A stretch of DNA of 32,000 bases. Source: Desulfocapsa sulfexigens DSM 10523. Its GTDB lineage: Bacteria; Desulfobacterota; Desulfobulbia; Desulfobulbales; Desulfocapsaceae. The DNA lies in contig NC_020304.1 of NCBI RefSeq assembly GCF_000341395.1, positions 3,870,001 through 3,902,000 on the forward strand. The letters run 5' to 3'. The notes under the pieces are model-generated. The model made no database searches, had not been told where the DNA came from, and saw nothing but the letters and a program-made list of their open reading frames with translations. Positions 1 through 9,431 of the stretch are shown here, piece by piece (the stretch's first letter is position 1; every line of letters begins with the position of its first letter). The position numbers and the translations under genes are program-made.

Positions 1-122
1 TTTTCATATAAATTTGGACATACTGCTTTCTCACTGCAAAAGAAGGATAGCATAAAAGTAAGAATGATGTCTAGGAGCTTGTAAAATATCAGAAACTTTT
101 AATGGAAAAAGGCCACTGCAGA

Positions 123-160
123 GGAAAAAAATTGGCAGGAGGGTGGATTCCTCTCCTGCC
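123..160 (-). terminator. Rho-independent terminator after the flavoprotein oxidoreductase gene
   Basis: An 8-bp GC-rich stem, GGCAGGAG (134-141) with CTCCTGCC (153-160), encloses an 11-nt loop. On the minus strand the hairpin is followed by a T7 run (A-run 125-131 on +). It lies about 24 nt past the stop codon at 184-186. Confidence 0.75.
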
Positions 161-183
161 GGAATATGAAAAGACAACTTTTT

Positions 184-1911
184 TTATTTACCGGGATACC
201 AGTCTATACCCATACGACGCAACATGTTGAATCCACCACTCAGCACCAGAGTCTGGTCAACACCAACACTCTTCAAAAAGCTCTGGATCTCAAAGGATCG
301 TGTCCCTGCATCACAGAGGATAATAAGTTTTTTATCCAAAGGCAGCTCTTTAAAACGTTTTCGGATTTCATTATAAGGTATGGCACACCACTTATCGACT
401 CCAAATTTTTCAACACAGGGTCCCGCTTCTATCGGGTGCCTGATATCAAGTGCGATCCAATCGGGCTGAGTTGAGAAATCATCCATCCAGACAAGGAAAG
501 ACTCAAGGGTTGTTTTGTGAAGACGCCCGTCGCAAAGATTATCTGCAACATAGGCTATGGCATTTATAGAATCTATTGCTGCTGAGAATGGTGGCGCATA
601 GGCCATTTCGAGGGTTCCAAAATCGTCAATGGTTGCCCCCATGGAGATATATGCGGCAGCCGCATCAATCCGTGCTGAGATACCGTCACCCATAGGACCG
701 AATCCCTGAAGACCTAAAACTTTTCGGGTTCTGCGATCAAACACCATCTGGAAACAGACTATGGATTCAGTTGGAAAAAAATGAGCGCGATCAGATGGTG
801 CAGTGAGTGCAACGTCAGCATCAAAACCCTCTGCCAGGGCAACTTCAAGACTCAGCCCGGTAGCACCGATACACACATCGAAGGCCTTCATAATAAAACT
901 TCCAACGGCTCCCTTAAACTTTGAAGGAATACCCGCCATATTATCCCCAGCTACGCGTCCTTCCTTATTGGCAAGAGATCCAAGGGGAGCGTAGAATTTT
1001 TTCCCAGAAACAAGGTGCATTACCTCAATACAGTCACCAGCAGCATAAATGGAAGGATCTGAGGTCTGCATACGTTCATTGACAACAATTGCTCCCATGG
1101 GGGAAGTTTGCAGGCCCGCCTCCACGGCGATCTCGGTACGTGGCCGCACCCCAGCTGCCATAATCACAATATCCGCCTCCAGGGTACGCTTTGCAGTGCG
1201 CAGTCCTGTTACTTTACCATTTTCACCGACGATCTCCGTTGCCCCCTCACCGAGGAAAATATCCACATCGTTGTCACGCATGTGTTTAGTAAGCATGGAG
1301 GCCATTGGCGAATCAACAATTCGAGGCAGAACCTGAGGCATAAATTCAACAACTGAAGTCTCAACTCCCCAGAGATCTTTAAAAGCCTCGGCCATCTCAA
1401 GACCGATTGCGCCACCACCGATAACCACTGCTTTACCAACCTTCCCCTTGGCTATACGGTCTTTAATTTCGATGGCCTTGTGCAAATCGGAAATTGTAAA
1501 AACGCCATCAAGATCGGCTCCAGGGATTGGTAAAACAAAAGGACGGGAACCGGTAGCAATCATCAGGGTGTCATAGGGAATATCCTCTTCCGCACCACTT
1601 GCAACATTCTGTACTTTCACCGTTTTATTCTGGCGGTTGATAGCCGTGGCCCTGGTACCACTTTTAACAAGAACGCCCTTTGCATCCTCAAAAAAATCTT
1701 CGTTTCGGACCATATGGAAGCTGGTGGAACGCAGTTCTGCCTCATCGGAAACGTCTCCTGAGACATAGTAGGGAATGCCACAGCCACCGTAGGAAAACAG
1801 GGTATCCTGATCGATGATGGTAACCTCGGCATCCTGCATCAGTCGTTTCACACGACATGCAGCTTTAGGGCCCGCTGCTACGCCACCCACGATTACAATT
1901 TTTGCTCCCAT
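184..1911 (-). CDS. FAD-dependent pyridine nucleotide-disulfide oxidoreductase (CoA-disulfide reductase / NADH-dependent persulfide reductase-like) with a C-terminal rhodanese domain
   Basis: The N-terminus has an FAD-binding motif, KIVIVGGVAAGPKAA. A single redox Cys sits in SYGGCGIPYY, as in the CoADR/Nox family. A second dinucleotide fold is VVIGGGAIGLE. The C-terminal ~100 aa carry a rhodanese-type loop, CDAGTRS. I moved the start to the ATG at 1911, which has GGAGG 8 nt upstream; the ORF-track start at 1926 is a TTG lying inside that SD. Confidence 0.8.
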   Translation of the reverse strand: MGAKIVIVGGVAAGPKAACRVKRLMQDAEVTIIDQDTLFSYGGCGIPYYVSGDVSDEAELRSTSFHMVRNEDFFEDAKGVLVKSGTRATAINRQNKTVKVQNVASGAEEDIPYDTLMIATGSRPFVLPIPGADLDGVFTISDLHKAIEIKDRIAKGKVGKAVVIGGGAIGLEMAEAFKDLWGVETSVVEFMPQVLPRIVDSPMASMLTKHMRDNDVDIFLGEGATEIVGENGKVTGLRTAKRTLEADIVIMAAGVRPRTEIAVEAGLQTSPMGAIVVNERMQTSDPSIYAAGDCIEVMHLVSGKKFYAPLGSLANKEGRVAGDNMAGIPSKFKGAVGSFIMKAFDVCIGATGLSLEVALAEGFDADVALTAPSDRAHFFPTESIVCFQMVFDRRTRKVLGLQGFGPMGDGISARIDAAAAYISMGATIDDFGTLEMAYAPPFSAAIDSINAIAYVADNLCDGRLHKTTLESFLVWMDDFSTQPDWIALDIRHPIEAGPCVEKFGVDKWCAIPYNEIRKRFKELPLDKKLIILCDAGTRSFEIQSFLKSVGVDQTLVLSGGFNMLRRMGIDWYPGK

Positions 1912-2029
1912 TTCAAAATCCTCCAAATATAGAAATACATCTTACGCAATGGTATTTAACGAAAAAACGATATGGACAAATGAACAATAAAACAGGGTAA
2001 ATTACAAGCAGAAAAAGGACGAATAAGGG

Positions 2030-2830
2030 TTACTTGACACTGATGAGACAATCAAGCACGAGACGCTGCCGATCATCAAAAAGTCGACGGCTGATCAGCC
2101 AGATGGCGGCAAGTACACCAAAACCAGTTCCCGCAGCTATAAGAAACATGATTAGAATCTGATACTTCACTGCATCCAGAGGGCTTGAGCCACCAAGAAT
2201 CTGACCCGTCATCATACCAGGAAGGCTTACAATACCAGCTGCAGCCATGGAATTAATGATGGGAATCATACCGGTACGCATGCAATCACGCCGTATATCT
2301 CCGCTGGCCTCCTGCCAGCTCTGGCCGAGAAGAAGACGCTGCTCTATCACACCACGCTGATCATACATCCCGGTGGTCAATCGATCGGAAGCAATGGCAA
2401 CGCCATTCATAGTATTGCCAAGGAGCATGCCAAGCATTGGGATAGCATATTGAGGAGTATACCAGGGATCAACGCCAACCATAACGGTCAATGCAAGAAA
2501 GGTTACTGTAAAAGAAGAGACCAGCATGGAACCGGTACTGATGAGATATCCCGTGCTGCCGCGCAGCTTTCGCTTTTGCCTGGCCCGTACTTCATATCCC
2601 GCGACAAGGAGCATAAAGATCGACATAAACCCTACCGGAATAAAGCCTTCACTTGCAAAGAGGAGTTTAAGAACCATACCGACAAGTAGCAACTGTACGG
2701 TCATTCGGATTCCTGAAATAACAATCCGTCTTTCAAGGCCAAGCCCGATACGAAGGGATGTTGCAGCAAGTATCAACAACAGAGAGGCAGCTAAAGAGAG
2801 ATCAAAAGTGCTCAGCGATATCACGTTCAT
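2030..2830 (-). CDS. fetB: FetB/YbbM-like (UPF0014) ABC-type exporter permease
   Basis: It is a 266-aa polytopic membrane protein whose length and hydrophobic pattern fit the YbbM/FetB family. Its start overlaps the stop of the upstream ATPase gene (ATGA-type 4-nt overlap at 2827-2830). Confidence 0.65.
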   Translation of the reverse strand: MNVISLSTFDLSLAASLLLILAATSLRIGLGLERRIVISGIRMTVQLLLVGMVLKLLFASEGFIPVGFMSIFMLLVAGYEVRARQKRKLRGSTGYLISTGSMLVSSFTVTFLALTVMVGVDPWYTPQYAIPMLGMLLGNTMNGVAIASDRLTTGMYDQRGVIEQRLLLGQSWQEASGDIRRDCMRTGMIPIINSMAAAGIVSLPGMMTGQILGGSSPLDAVKYQILIMFLIAAGTGFGVLAAIWLISRRLFDDRQRLVLDCLISVK

Positions 2831-3489
2831 TCCCGGTTCTCCTTAACAAGACCTGTCGTTTCAACAGTGCAGACTGTGTCTGCCACACGAAAGAGCTGAT
2901 CGCGGTCGTGGCTCACCCATATACAGCTTATCTGCCTGTGAAAACGAATATCGGCAACAATCTCCTCCACCACGGCAACCATTTTTTTATCAAGGGCCGA
3001 TGTCGGCTCATCGAGCAGCAGGACACGGGGTCTGTTTATCAGAGTACGAATAAGTGAAAGCCGCTGCCGCTCACCCGTTGACAACCTGCTGACCTGCCAT
3101 TCCATAACATCCTGAGAGAAGCCTAATCTTTCCATCAGATCCTTGAATTCAGGGTCTAACAAGCCACCGTTAAAATGCGCCCCGACACTATCGTACCACC
3201 AGAAAGATTCTGCCGGGAGCATGGCCACCATTTTCCTCCAGATTGGGGGAGAGACTGAAGAACAGACATCAGCATTAAGGATGCATTCACCGTCATGGGG
3301 AATCACATCAGCCACTGCCCTCAGTAGTTGTGTCTTGCCAACTCCTGATTTGCCAGTCAATCCGAGACATCCTCCAGGAATCACAGTGATGGAGTATGGC
3401 CCATTACCGAGAAATGAAAGATTCGAAAGTCGTAACCCCTGCCCTGGAAATTTTTCAAGGGAGGGTGATTGTAAAGGTGCTGCCTTCAT
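2827..3489 (-). CDS. fetA: FetA/YbbL-like ABC transporter ATP-binding protein
   Basis: Walker A is GKSGVGKT, the ABC signature is LSTGERQRL and Walker B is LLLDEPTSALD. The small size (220 aa) and coupling to a UPF0014 permease match the FetAB (putative iron export) arrangement. Confidence 0.7.
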   Translation of the reverse strand: MKAAPLQSPSLEKFPGQGLRLSNLSFLGNGPYSITVIPGGCLGLTGKSGVGKTQLLRAVADVIPHDGECILNADVCSSVSPPIWRKMVAMLPAESFWWYDSVGAHFNGGLLDPEFKDLMERLGFSQDVMEWQVSRLSTGERQRLSLIRTLINRPRVLLLDEPTSALDKKMVAVVEEIVADIRFHRQISCIWVSHDRDQLFRVADTVCTVETTGLVKENRE

Positions 3490-4888
3490 TTTCTTTTGAG
3501 CTCACTGATATTGTTCCATGATGCTGTTCAATGATATTCCTGGTAATGGCAAGACCGAGTCCGGTCCCCCTGTTCTTATCGGTAAAGAAAGGTTTGAAAA
3601 TTTGTGCATTTTTTTCTTCACTCATCCCCACACCACTATCCTGAATTGTAATACAAACTGACCCATCGGATACCTGGACACCGGTGCTTACACGTAAGAA
3701 TCCTCCCTCCGGCATCGCTTGAATAGCGTTCACAAGAATATTGAGCAGGGCACGATAAAAATGATCCGGGTCTATGGTAATACGACCAACGGTTGGAGAA
3801 AATTCTGTTTCAAGAATAATATTATTTTCAGAAAGTTCAGGCTTGATAAATTGCAGGGCCTGAGAAATTAAATTATTAATATCAACCGGAGAAAGTTTCA
3901 CTTTCTGAGGCCTTGCAAAATCAAGAAACTCGAGCACAATATTGTTGAGTCGTGTAGTTTCAGCTATTATAATCTCGGCAAGATTTTCATTTCCAGGGGC
4001 TACTTTCCTGATCCTCTTTGCAAGAATCTCAGCAGTGGAGCGTACGATCCCAAGAGGACTCTTTATCTCGTGGGAAACCGTTGCCACCATGGTTCCAAGA
4101 TGGGCAAGTCTCTGTGCATCACTCAGTTTTTGTTCCAGACTTAAGCGTTCACGAACTCGTTTTTCCATGATTTTACCGGCTCTGCTGACAATGATCAACA
4201 AAACCAGAAAGAGAATAAACATGACCAGTGAAGAGACAAAAATAATACGTCCCTGAAGCCGGACAATGGCTGTATAATCAACGGAAAGATCCTGGGTTAT
4301 TTCGAGAACTCCCATAATCTGTCCGTCACCACTTGCATCGTCTCGAACCTGACGGAATGGTATAAACGTCTTAAGAAGGCAATGGGCATCCTGAATTCCT
4401 GGAAGCAGGCTCAAGATACTACCACTTGAAACTATCTGAGAATTGGCAACACCAAGTAATGCCTTTTCATATTCAAGCCCTCCGATGTTTTTTCTCCCTA
4501 TCAGTTCTTCATTCGTGGAATATGAAATGATGTTAACGTTGGAGTCATAAATCGTTACCGTTTCCATCTTCATACTGGCAGTAACATTACGGACAATAAG
4601 GTCAAGCCTTTGGAACTGTTCAGGATTTGAAAGTGCTATTGTGCCATAACGGATAACCGTTGGCAGCACAAATCCCCTGAACACCTGCTGATTGAGATTT
4701 TCTGCAAGAAGCAGCGAATAAGCCTCACTTTGATCCAACATCACAGTACGGGCATGTTTTGAGATAAACCAGGAGAGAAAGAGGGTAAAAATTAAAATAA
4801 CTCCAAGGCTGGTAAAAGAAAAATACTTCACCAGCTGAAAAGGCATGAGACCGGCACGAAGTTTTTCAAGCTGCTCAGGGTCATTCAT
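3455..4888 (-). CDS. Membrane sensor histidine kinase with no cognate response regulator in the window
   Basis: Two TM segments flank a ~190-aa extracytoplasmic region. The H-box is VSHEIKSPLG and the HATPase_c boxes are NAIQAM, DSGVGM and GTGLGLAI. I chose the ATG at 4888 (MNDPEQLEKL) as the start because the longer ORF (4987) overlaps the upstream radical-SAM gene by 68 nt. Confidence 0.85.
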   Translation of the reverse strand: MNDPEQLEKLRAGLMPFQLVKYFSFTSLGVILIFTLFLSWFISKHARTVMLDQSEAYSLLLAENLNQQVFRGFVLPTVIRYGTIALSNPEQFQRLDLIVRNVTASMKMETVTIYDSNVNIISYSTNEELIGRKNIGGLEYEKALLGVANSQIVSSGSILSLLPGIQDAHCLLKTFIPFRQVRDDASGDGQIMGVLEITQDLSVDYTAIVRLQGRIIFVSSLVMFILFLVLLIIVSRAGKIMEKRVRERLSLEQKLSDAQRLAHLGTMVATVSHEIKSPLGIVRSTAEILAKRIRKVAPGNENLAEIIIAETTRLNNIVLEFLDFARPQKVKLSPVDINNLISQALQFIKPELSENNIILETEFSPTVGRITIDPDHFYRALLNILVNAIQAMPEGGFLRVSTGVQVSDGSVCITIQDSGVGMSEEKNAQIFKPFFTDKNRGTGLGLAITRNIIEQHHGTISVSSKENEGSTFTITLP

Positions 4889-4919
4889 GGATGAAACCTG
4901 GGAAGATTGTCTCTCGTCT

Positions 4920-6707
4920 TCAGTCACCACACACCCCGCAGCGTCTGCAGACAGTCGTATCGCAGGGGGCAGTCGTCTTTGCCGCAAATCCTTTCTGATA
5001 CTCCTTCCACAGATAGTCCTGTTTAATTGAATGATCCACTATATTCCAGGGAAAATAATCACCCGCGCCGTACTGGTGAACAGCAAAAAATTCAGGAGTC
5101 AGTCCCTCCTGGCGCATTGCCTGCTTCCATGGTTTGCCGGTTTTTGCCATTTTGGCAAGCACCATCGCAAGGCGCCGGTCACCTCTTGCAAGTACCGCCT
5201 GGAATAGGACATTATCGGGCTTGTCATTATTCATACGGACATTTGCTTCTGAGGATATCCCTTTTTTCAGGAAGTCGATCTTGGCCTTCAGGGATTTAAC
5301 AACATGGGTGGCAAGCCCATCGTTATGGATTTCAAGCTGTTCCCCACCAAAAGGGTGGAACTGAAATGGTGTCCATGGCTTGGGGGCAAAACAATTCACC
5401 GACAGGCTGATTTCACACAATCTACCTCTGGCTTTACCAAAGGGAAGCATCCGTTCCCGTATCTTGCCTATCAGATCGAGCATTTCCTCCAGGTCTTCGG
5501 AGGTCTCGGTTGGAAGCCCAATCATAAAATAGAGTTTCAACTTATACAAACCAACATCTGCAAGACGTTCAACAGCTACAAGTATATCTTCCTCGGTGAG
5601 ATTTTTATTAATGACTCTGCGCAGTCGTTCGGAGGCGCCATCCGGTGCAATGGCCACACTTTTCAAACCACTGCTACCAAGCAAGGTTAAAAGCGGCCCG
5701 GAAATCCTATCCGCCCGGAGTGATGAAAACGACAGGGAACAACCGCTGTCAAGCAGGTATGATGAAAGCATTTCAAGCTCATCCTGATCAGCCATTTCCA
5801 TTCCCAGTAGCCCAATCCGGTGCACATTTGCATTACGTTCTTCAAGTCCTGCAACCACAGCATCAGCATCCCACAACCTTGGTGGTCTGTATATGAACCC
5901 TGCAGCACAGAATCGGCAACCTCGGGAACAGCCTCTTCCCAGTTCCGTTACATACAAATTTGAAAATTCTGCCTCAGGACTGAGGATTTGAGAATGGGCA
6001 GCTTTAGTGACAGTTGACACGACAACCTTGGTAACTCGTTCTGGAATTCCAGGAGCTGGAGTAGTGCCAGTCTGTCTTCCTGTCACATCATCGTAAACGG
6101 GAGTATACAAAGAGGGGACATAGGCTCCGTCAATTTTATGCTGAATCTGAAACAAAATCTCGGACCTGCTCAGGCTGTCAAGAGTACTACCAAACAAAGA
6201 AAGAAGAGGCGACAGCATACCCTCTGCCTCCCCTAAAAGGAAAAGATCGGTAAAGGGTGCAAGAGGTTCCGGGTTCATAAAGGTGGCCACCCCGCCACCA
6301 ATGACCAGAGGACTTGCTGGGGTAACAGCACCATCACTTCGATCTTCTGCCAGAAGAGGCACTCCACCGGCTAGCAGCAGGCGTGCAATATTTACATAAT
6401 CATGTTCAAAGCTGATGGAATAAAAAAGGAGTGAAAATTCGGAAAGCGATCGGCCCGATTCAAAAGAACGGAGGGATGAATGATTATCTTCTGGCAGAAA
6501 AAAGCGTTCACAAACCAAATCATCATGGTCATTCAGTAAGGAATAGACCAGTTGAAAACCAAGGCTGGATACCCCTACCCCATACCTGTTCGGGTACAGA
6601 AGAGCTACGGGAAGTCGCCCGGTCCATTTCTTGAGATAGGTGCCGCTTTCCTGATCCTGCAATCTGGTGTTGTCGGCACCTTGTTTTTTCTGCTTTCCCC
6701 TGCCCAA
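4920..6707 (-). CDS. Large radical SAM protein (resembles the TIGR03960-type family with a B12-binding-like N-terminal domain; substrate unknown)
   Basis: The CxxxCxxC cluster motif is GCSRGCRFCAAG. The N-terminal region LLYPNRYGVGVSSLGFQLVYSLLN resembles the B12-binding-like domain of class B-like rSAMs. The C-terminus has a Cys-rich tail, PCDTTVCRRCGVCGD. The start is a TTG and is uncertain. Confidence 0.7.
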   Translation of the reverse strand: MGRGKQKKQGADNTRLQDQESGTYLKKWTGRLPVALLYPNRYGVGVSSLGFQLVYSLLNDHDDLVCERFFLPEDNHSSLRSFESGRSLSEFSLLFYSISFEHDYVNIARLLLAGGVPLLAEDRSDGAVTPASPLVIGGGVATFMNPEPLAPFTDLFLLGEAEGMLSPLLSLFGSTLDSLSRSEILFQIQHKIDGAYVPSLYTPVYDDVTGRQTGTTPAPGIPERVTKVVVSTVTKAAHSQILSPEAEFSNLYVTELGRGCSRGCRFCAAGFIYRPPRLWDADAVVAGLEERNANVHRIGLLGMEMADQDELEMLSSYLLDSGCSLSFSSLRADRISGPLLTLLGSSGLKSVAIAPDGASERLRRVINKNLTEEDILVAVERLADVGLYKLKLYFMIGLPTETSEDLEEMLDLIGKIRERMLPFGKARGRLCEISLSVNCFAPKPWTPFQFHPFGGEQLEIHNDGLATHVVKSLKAKIDFLKKGISSEANVRMNNDKPDNVLFQAVLARGDRRLAMVLAKMAKTGKPWKQAMRQEGLTPEFFAVHQYGAGDYFPWNIVDHSIKQDYLWKEYQKGFAAKTTAPCDTTVCRRCGVCGD

Positions 6708-6804
6708 ATGAATTAGCCCCGGGTATATGGAATGAAAGCCGGGACAAGCACCCTCATGAACTTATTTCCTGCCGAAAAACACCAGGAAAATGTTTACTAC
6801 ACCA

Positions 6805-8037
6805 TTAATTGGCCTTTTTCCTGAGATACGTAGGAGTTTCCATATAGTCCTCATTCCAGGGTTTGTTCTCCTTGTTGGACTGCAACGGATCCCCTGAAGA
6901 AATACCATGATTCTCAAATCCGTTAAAATTTGATGATGGAAAAATGGAACTCCCTCTGCGCTGGTTTGGTGGCGCTGGAGTAGGATTCCCGGGACGCCCC
7001 TCGTTTTCATTAGCTGCCTGGATGCCACCGCTTTTTTCAGGAATGTTTACCTGAACAAGCTCTTTTTTCTTGGGTACTGATTCACCCACACCAGTGGCGA
7101 TAACGGTAACGTGCAGCTCATCCCCAAGCGCATCATCATACAGGGCACCAATAACAACCTTGGCTTCATCGTCAACCTTATCCTGGATAAGGGCAGATGC
7201 TTCCATAAACTCTGCCATTGTAAAAGACTCTTCTGATGCGGAAATATTTATAAGCAATCCACGTGCTCCATCAATACCGACATCTTCCAGAAGTTGATTA
7301 TCAATGGCACGGTTTGCAGCCTCAGTGGCACGATTTTCGCCAACCGCAGAACCACTGCCCATAATAGCAGGACCAACCTCGCGCATAACTGTTCGCAAGT
7401 CAGCAAAATCAGCATTCATAAGTCCTGGAACGTTTATCAGATCGGTAATTCCCTTAACTGCCTGCAACAGAACCTTGTCGGCCATGCTCAGCATATCTGA
7501 AAGTTTGGAATTTTTCTGCATAAGAGACAGCAGACGATCATTGGGCACAGTGATAATTGTATCGGCATACTTGCGCAGTTGTTCCCAGCCCTGCTCCGCG
7601 TTGCGCATACGAAATTTACCTTCAAAATGGAAGGGCTTCGTTACAACAGCGACGGTTAATGCGCCCATCTCTCTGGCTATTTTTGCAACAATCGGAGCGG
7701 CGCCCGTACCGGTTCCACCGCCTAGTCCTGCTGCAACAAAAACCATATCGGCACCCTTGAGGCTCTTTGTCAGCTCATCAATGGACTCCAAAGCAGACTG
7801 TTCCCCGGTCTCGGGATCTGCACCTGCTCCAAGTCCCTTGGTGATTCCAGGTCCTATCTGCAGGCACACATCGGCACAGGATTGATCAAGTGCCTGCTTA
7901 TCAGTGTTTGCTGTTATAAACTCAACACCCTGGAGTCGATGTTCAACCATGGTATTGATAGCATTTCCTCCGCCACCGCCAACACCAATGACCTTAACTA
8001 CTGCAACACCTTCTGTTTCCGCCATTCTAAACGGCAT
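6805..8037 (-). CDS. ftsZ: Cell division protein FtsZ
   Basis: The tubulin signature GLGGGTGTGAAP and the N-terminal VIGVGGGGGNAIN motif are present. The conserved C-terminal peptide DYMETPTYLRKKAN follows a long Pro/Asn-rich linker. The start is set at ATG 8037, preceded by AGGAG with a 5-nt spacer; the ORF-track start at 8088 adds 17 unlikely residues. Confidence 0.95.
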   Translation of the reverse strand: MPFRMAETEGVAVVKVIGVGGGGGNAINTMVEHRLQGVEFITANTDKQALDQSCADVCLQIGPGITKGLGAGADPETGEQSALESIDELTKSLKGADMVFVAAGLGGGTGTGAAPIVAKIAREMGALTVAVVTKPFHFEGKFRMRNAEQGWEQLRKYADTIITVPNDRLLSLMQKNSKLSDMLSMADKVLLQAVKGITDLINVPGLMNADFADLRTVMREVGPAIMGSGSAVGENRATEAANRAIDNQLLEDVGIDGARGLLINISASEESFTMAEFMEASALIQDKVDDEAKVVIGALYDDALGDELHVTVIATGVGESVPKKKELVQVNIPEKSGGIQAANENEGRPGNPTPAPPNQRRGSSIFPSSNFNGFENHGISSGDPLQSNKENKPWNEDYMETPTYLRKKAN

Positions 8038-8160
8038 AATCTCTCCTCTGTTCACGAAAACAGCGACATCCAAATGCCACTTTTCCATAAAATTTAAACA
8101 AGCAAATCATAGCATTTACAGCCTGCCTCTGAAACCTATTTTTTCAAAATTCACAAAAAA

Positions 8161-9426
8161 TCACATTATTTTTCTGAGCCAGTCCTTCATTCGACCAACC
8201 ATTGAGCTGTCACTGTAACGTTTATCAACCTGGTGCTGACGACCATACATCACCAGGCCAACCCCAGTGGTGCACCGTGGCGTATTTACTTCGTTCACCT
8301 TTCCACCTATCTGCGCCGGATATCCAATCCGTACCGGAAGGTCAAAGATCTGCTCTGCAAGATCTGCAAGATTGGCAAGTAACGCTGTACCACCGGTGAT
8401 GACGATCCCACCATTTATTTTATTTTTCAAGCCGCAATTTATCAAATTCTGATTCACCATTTCCAGGATTTCAACCATTCTGGCCTGAACAATGTCAACC
8501 AGCACTTTCTGGGTCACTTTTCGTGGCTCACGATCACCAACAGTCGGGACATCTACAACATGATTGGGTTTTATCAGGGACGAAATGGCACAGCCAAAAT
8601 CTTCCTTTAAACGTTCCGCATCCTGCAAAGGCGTTCGCAAACCGACCGAGAGGTCATTGGTAAGATTGTGACCACCAAGGCCTATTTCACAGGTATGACG
8701 GATGGTTCCATCGCAAAACACGGCAAGGTCCGTAGTCCCACCGCCAATATCAAGCAATGCCACCCCCAACTCCATCTCATCGGGACTCAATGTGGCATGG
8801 GCCGAGGCAATAGATTCCAGTACCATATCGGCAACTTCGAGCCCTGCCTTGTTGCAGCAGGTGTATAAATTGTGAACTGCTCCCATATCAGCAGTCACAA
8901 TATGCACATTGGTAACCAGTCGAACTCCCGTCATCCCGATGGGATTCTGAATCCCGGTATGGTCATCCACCATATACTCCTGAGGAAGTACATGGATTAT
9001 CTGCTGATTTTCAGATATTTTAACAGTACGTGCCGCAACAATGACATCCTCGACGTCACTTTGTTTAATTTCACGACCGTTAATTGCTATGATTCCAGGG
9101 CTGTTAAAGCCTTTAATATGATTTCCGGCGATCCCTACATAAACAGTACGAAGATCACACCCTGCTGACTCCTCAGCCTGTTTCACCGCCTGACGGATCG
9201 ACTTGACCGTTGATTCAATATTAACAACCACTCCCTTCTTAAGACCAACCGAGGGAGCAGTGCCAATACCGATAATATCCACACTGCTCTCAAACACTTC
9301 TCCCACCACACAACAGATCTTGGTGGTTCCAATATCAAGCCCAACTACAAGATCTCCGGCTTCCCGTTCTTTTTCGTCTCGCTCAAGTTCCACCCCACCG
9401 ATCGCCTTCAGTTCAATCTCATCCAT
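8161..9426 (-). CDS. ftsA: Cell division protein FtsA
   Basis: Actin-fold phosphate motifs GLDIGTTKICCVV and LDIGGGTTDLAVF are present. The gene sits between ftsQ and ftsZ. Confidence 0.93.
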   Translation of the reverse strand: MDEIELKAIGGVELERDEKEREAGDLVVGLDIGTTKICCVVGEVFESSVDIIGIGTAPSVGLKKGVVVNIESTVKSIRQAVKQAEESAGCDLRTVYVGIAGNHIKGFNSPGIIAINGREIKQSDVEDVIVAARTVKISENQQIIHVLPQEYMVDDHTGIQNPIGMTGVRLVTNVHIVTADMGAVHNLYTCCNKAGLEVADMVLESIASAHATLSPDEMELGVALLDIGGGTTDLAVFCDGTIRHTCEIGLGGHNLTNDLSVGLRTPLQDAERLKEDFGCAISSLIKPNHVVDVPTVGDREPRKVTQKVLVDIVQARMVEILEMVNQNLINCGLKNKINGGIVITGGTALLANLADLAEQIFDLPVRIGYPAQIGGKVNEVNTPRCTTGVGLVMYGRQHQVDKRYSDSSMVGRMKDWLRKIM

Positions 9427-9431
9427 TTTTT

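Noticed and set aside
6708-6804. I looked for a terminator between ftsZ and the radical SAM gene.
   Set aside because: Only a 4-bp CCTG/CAGG stem is present, with no GC-rich hairpin plus T-tract. I cannot support a terminator call.
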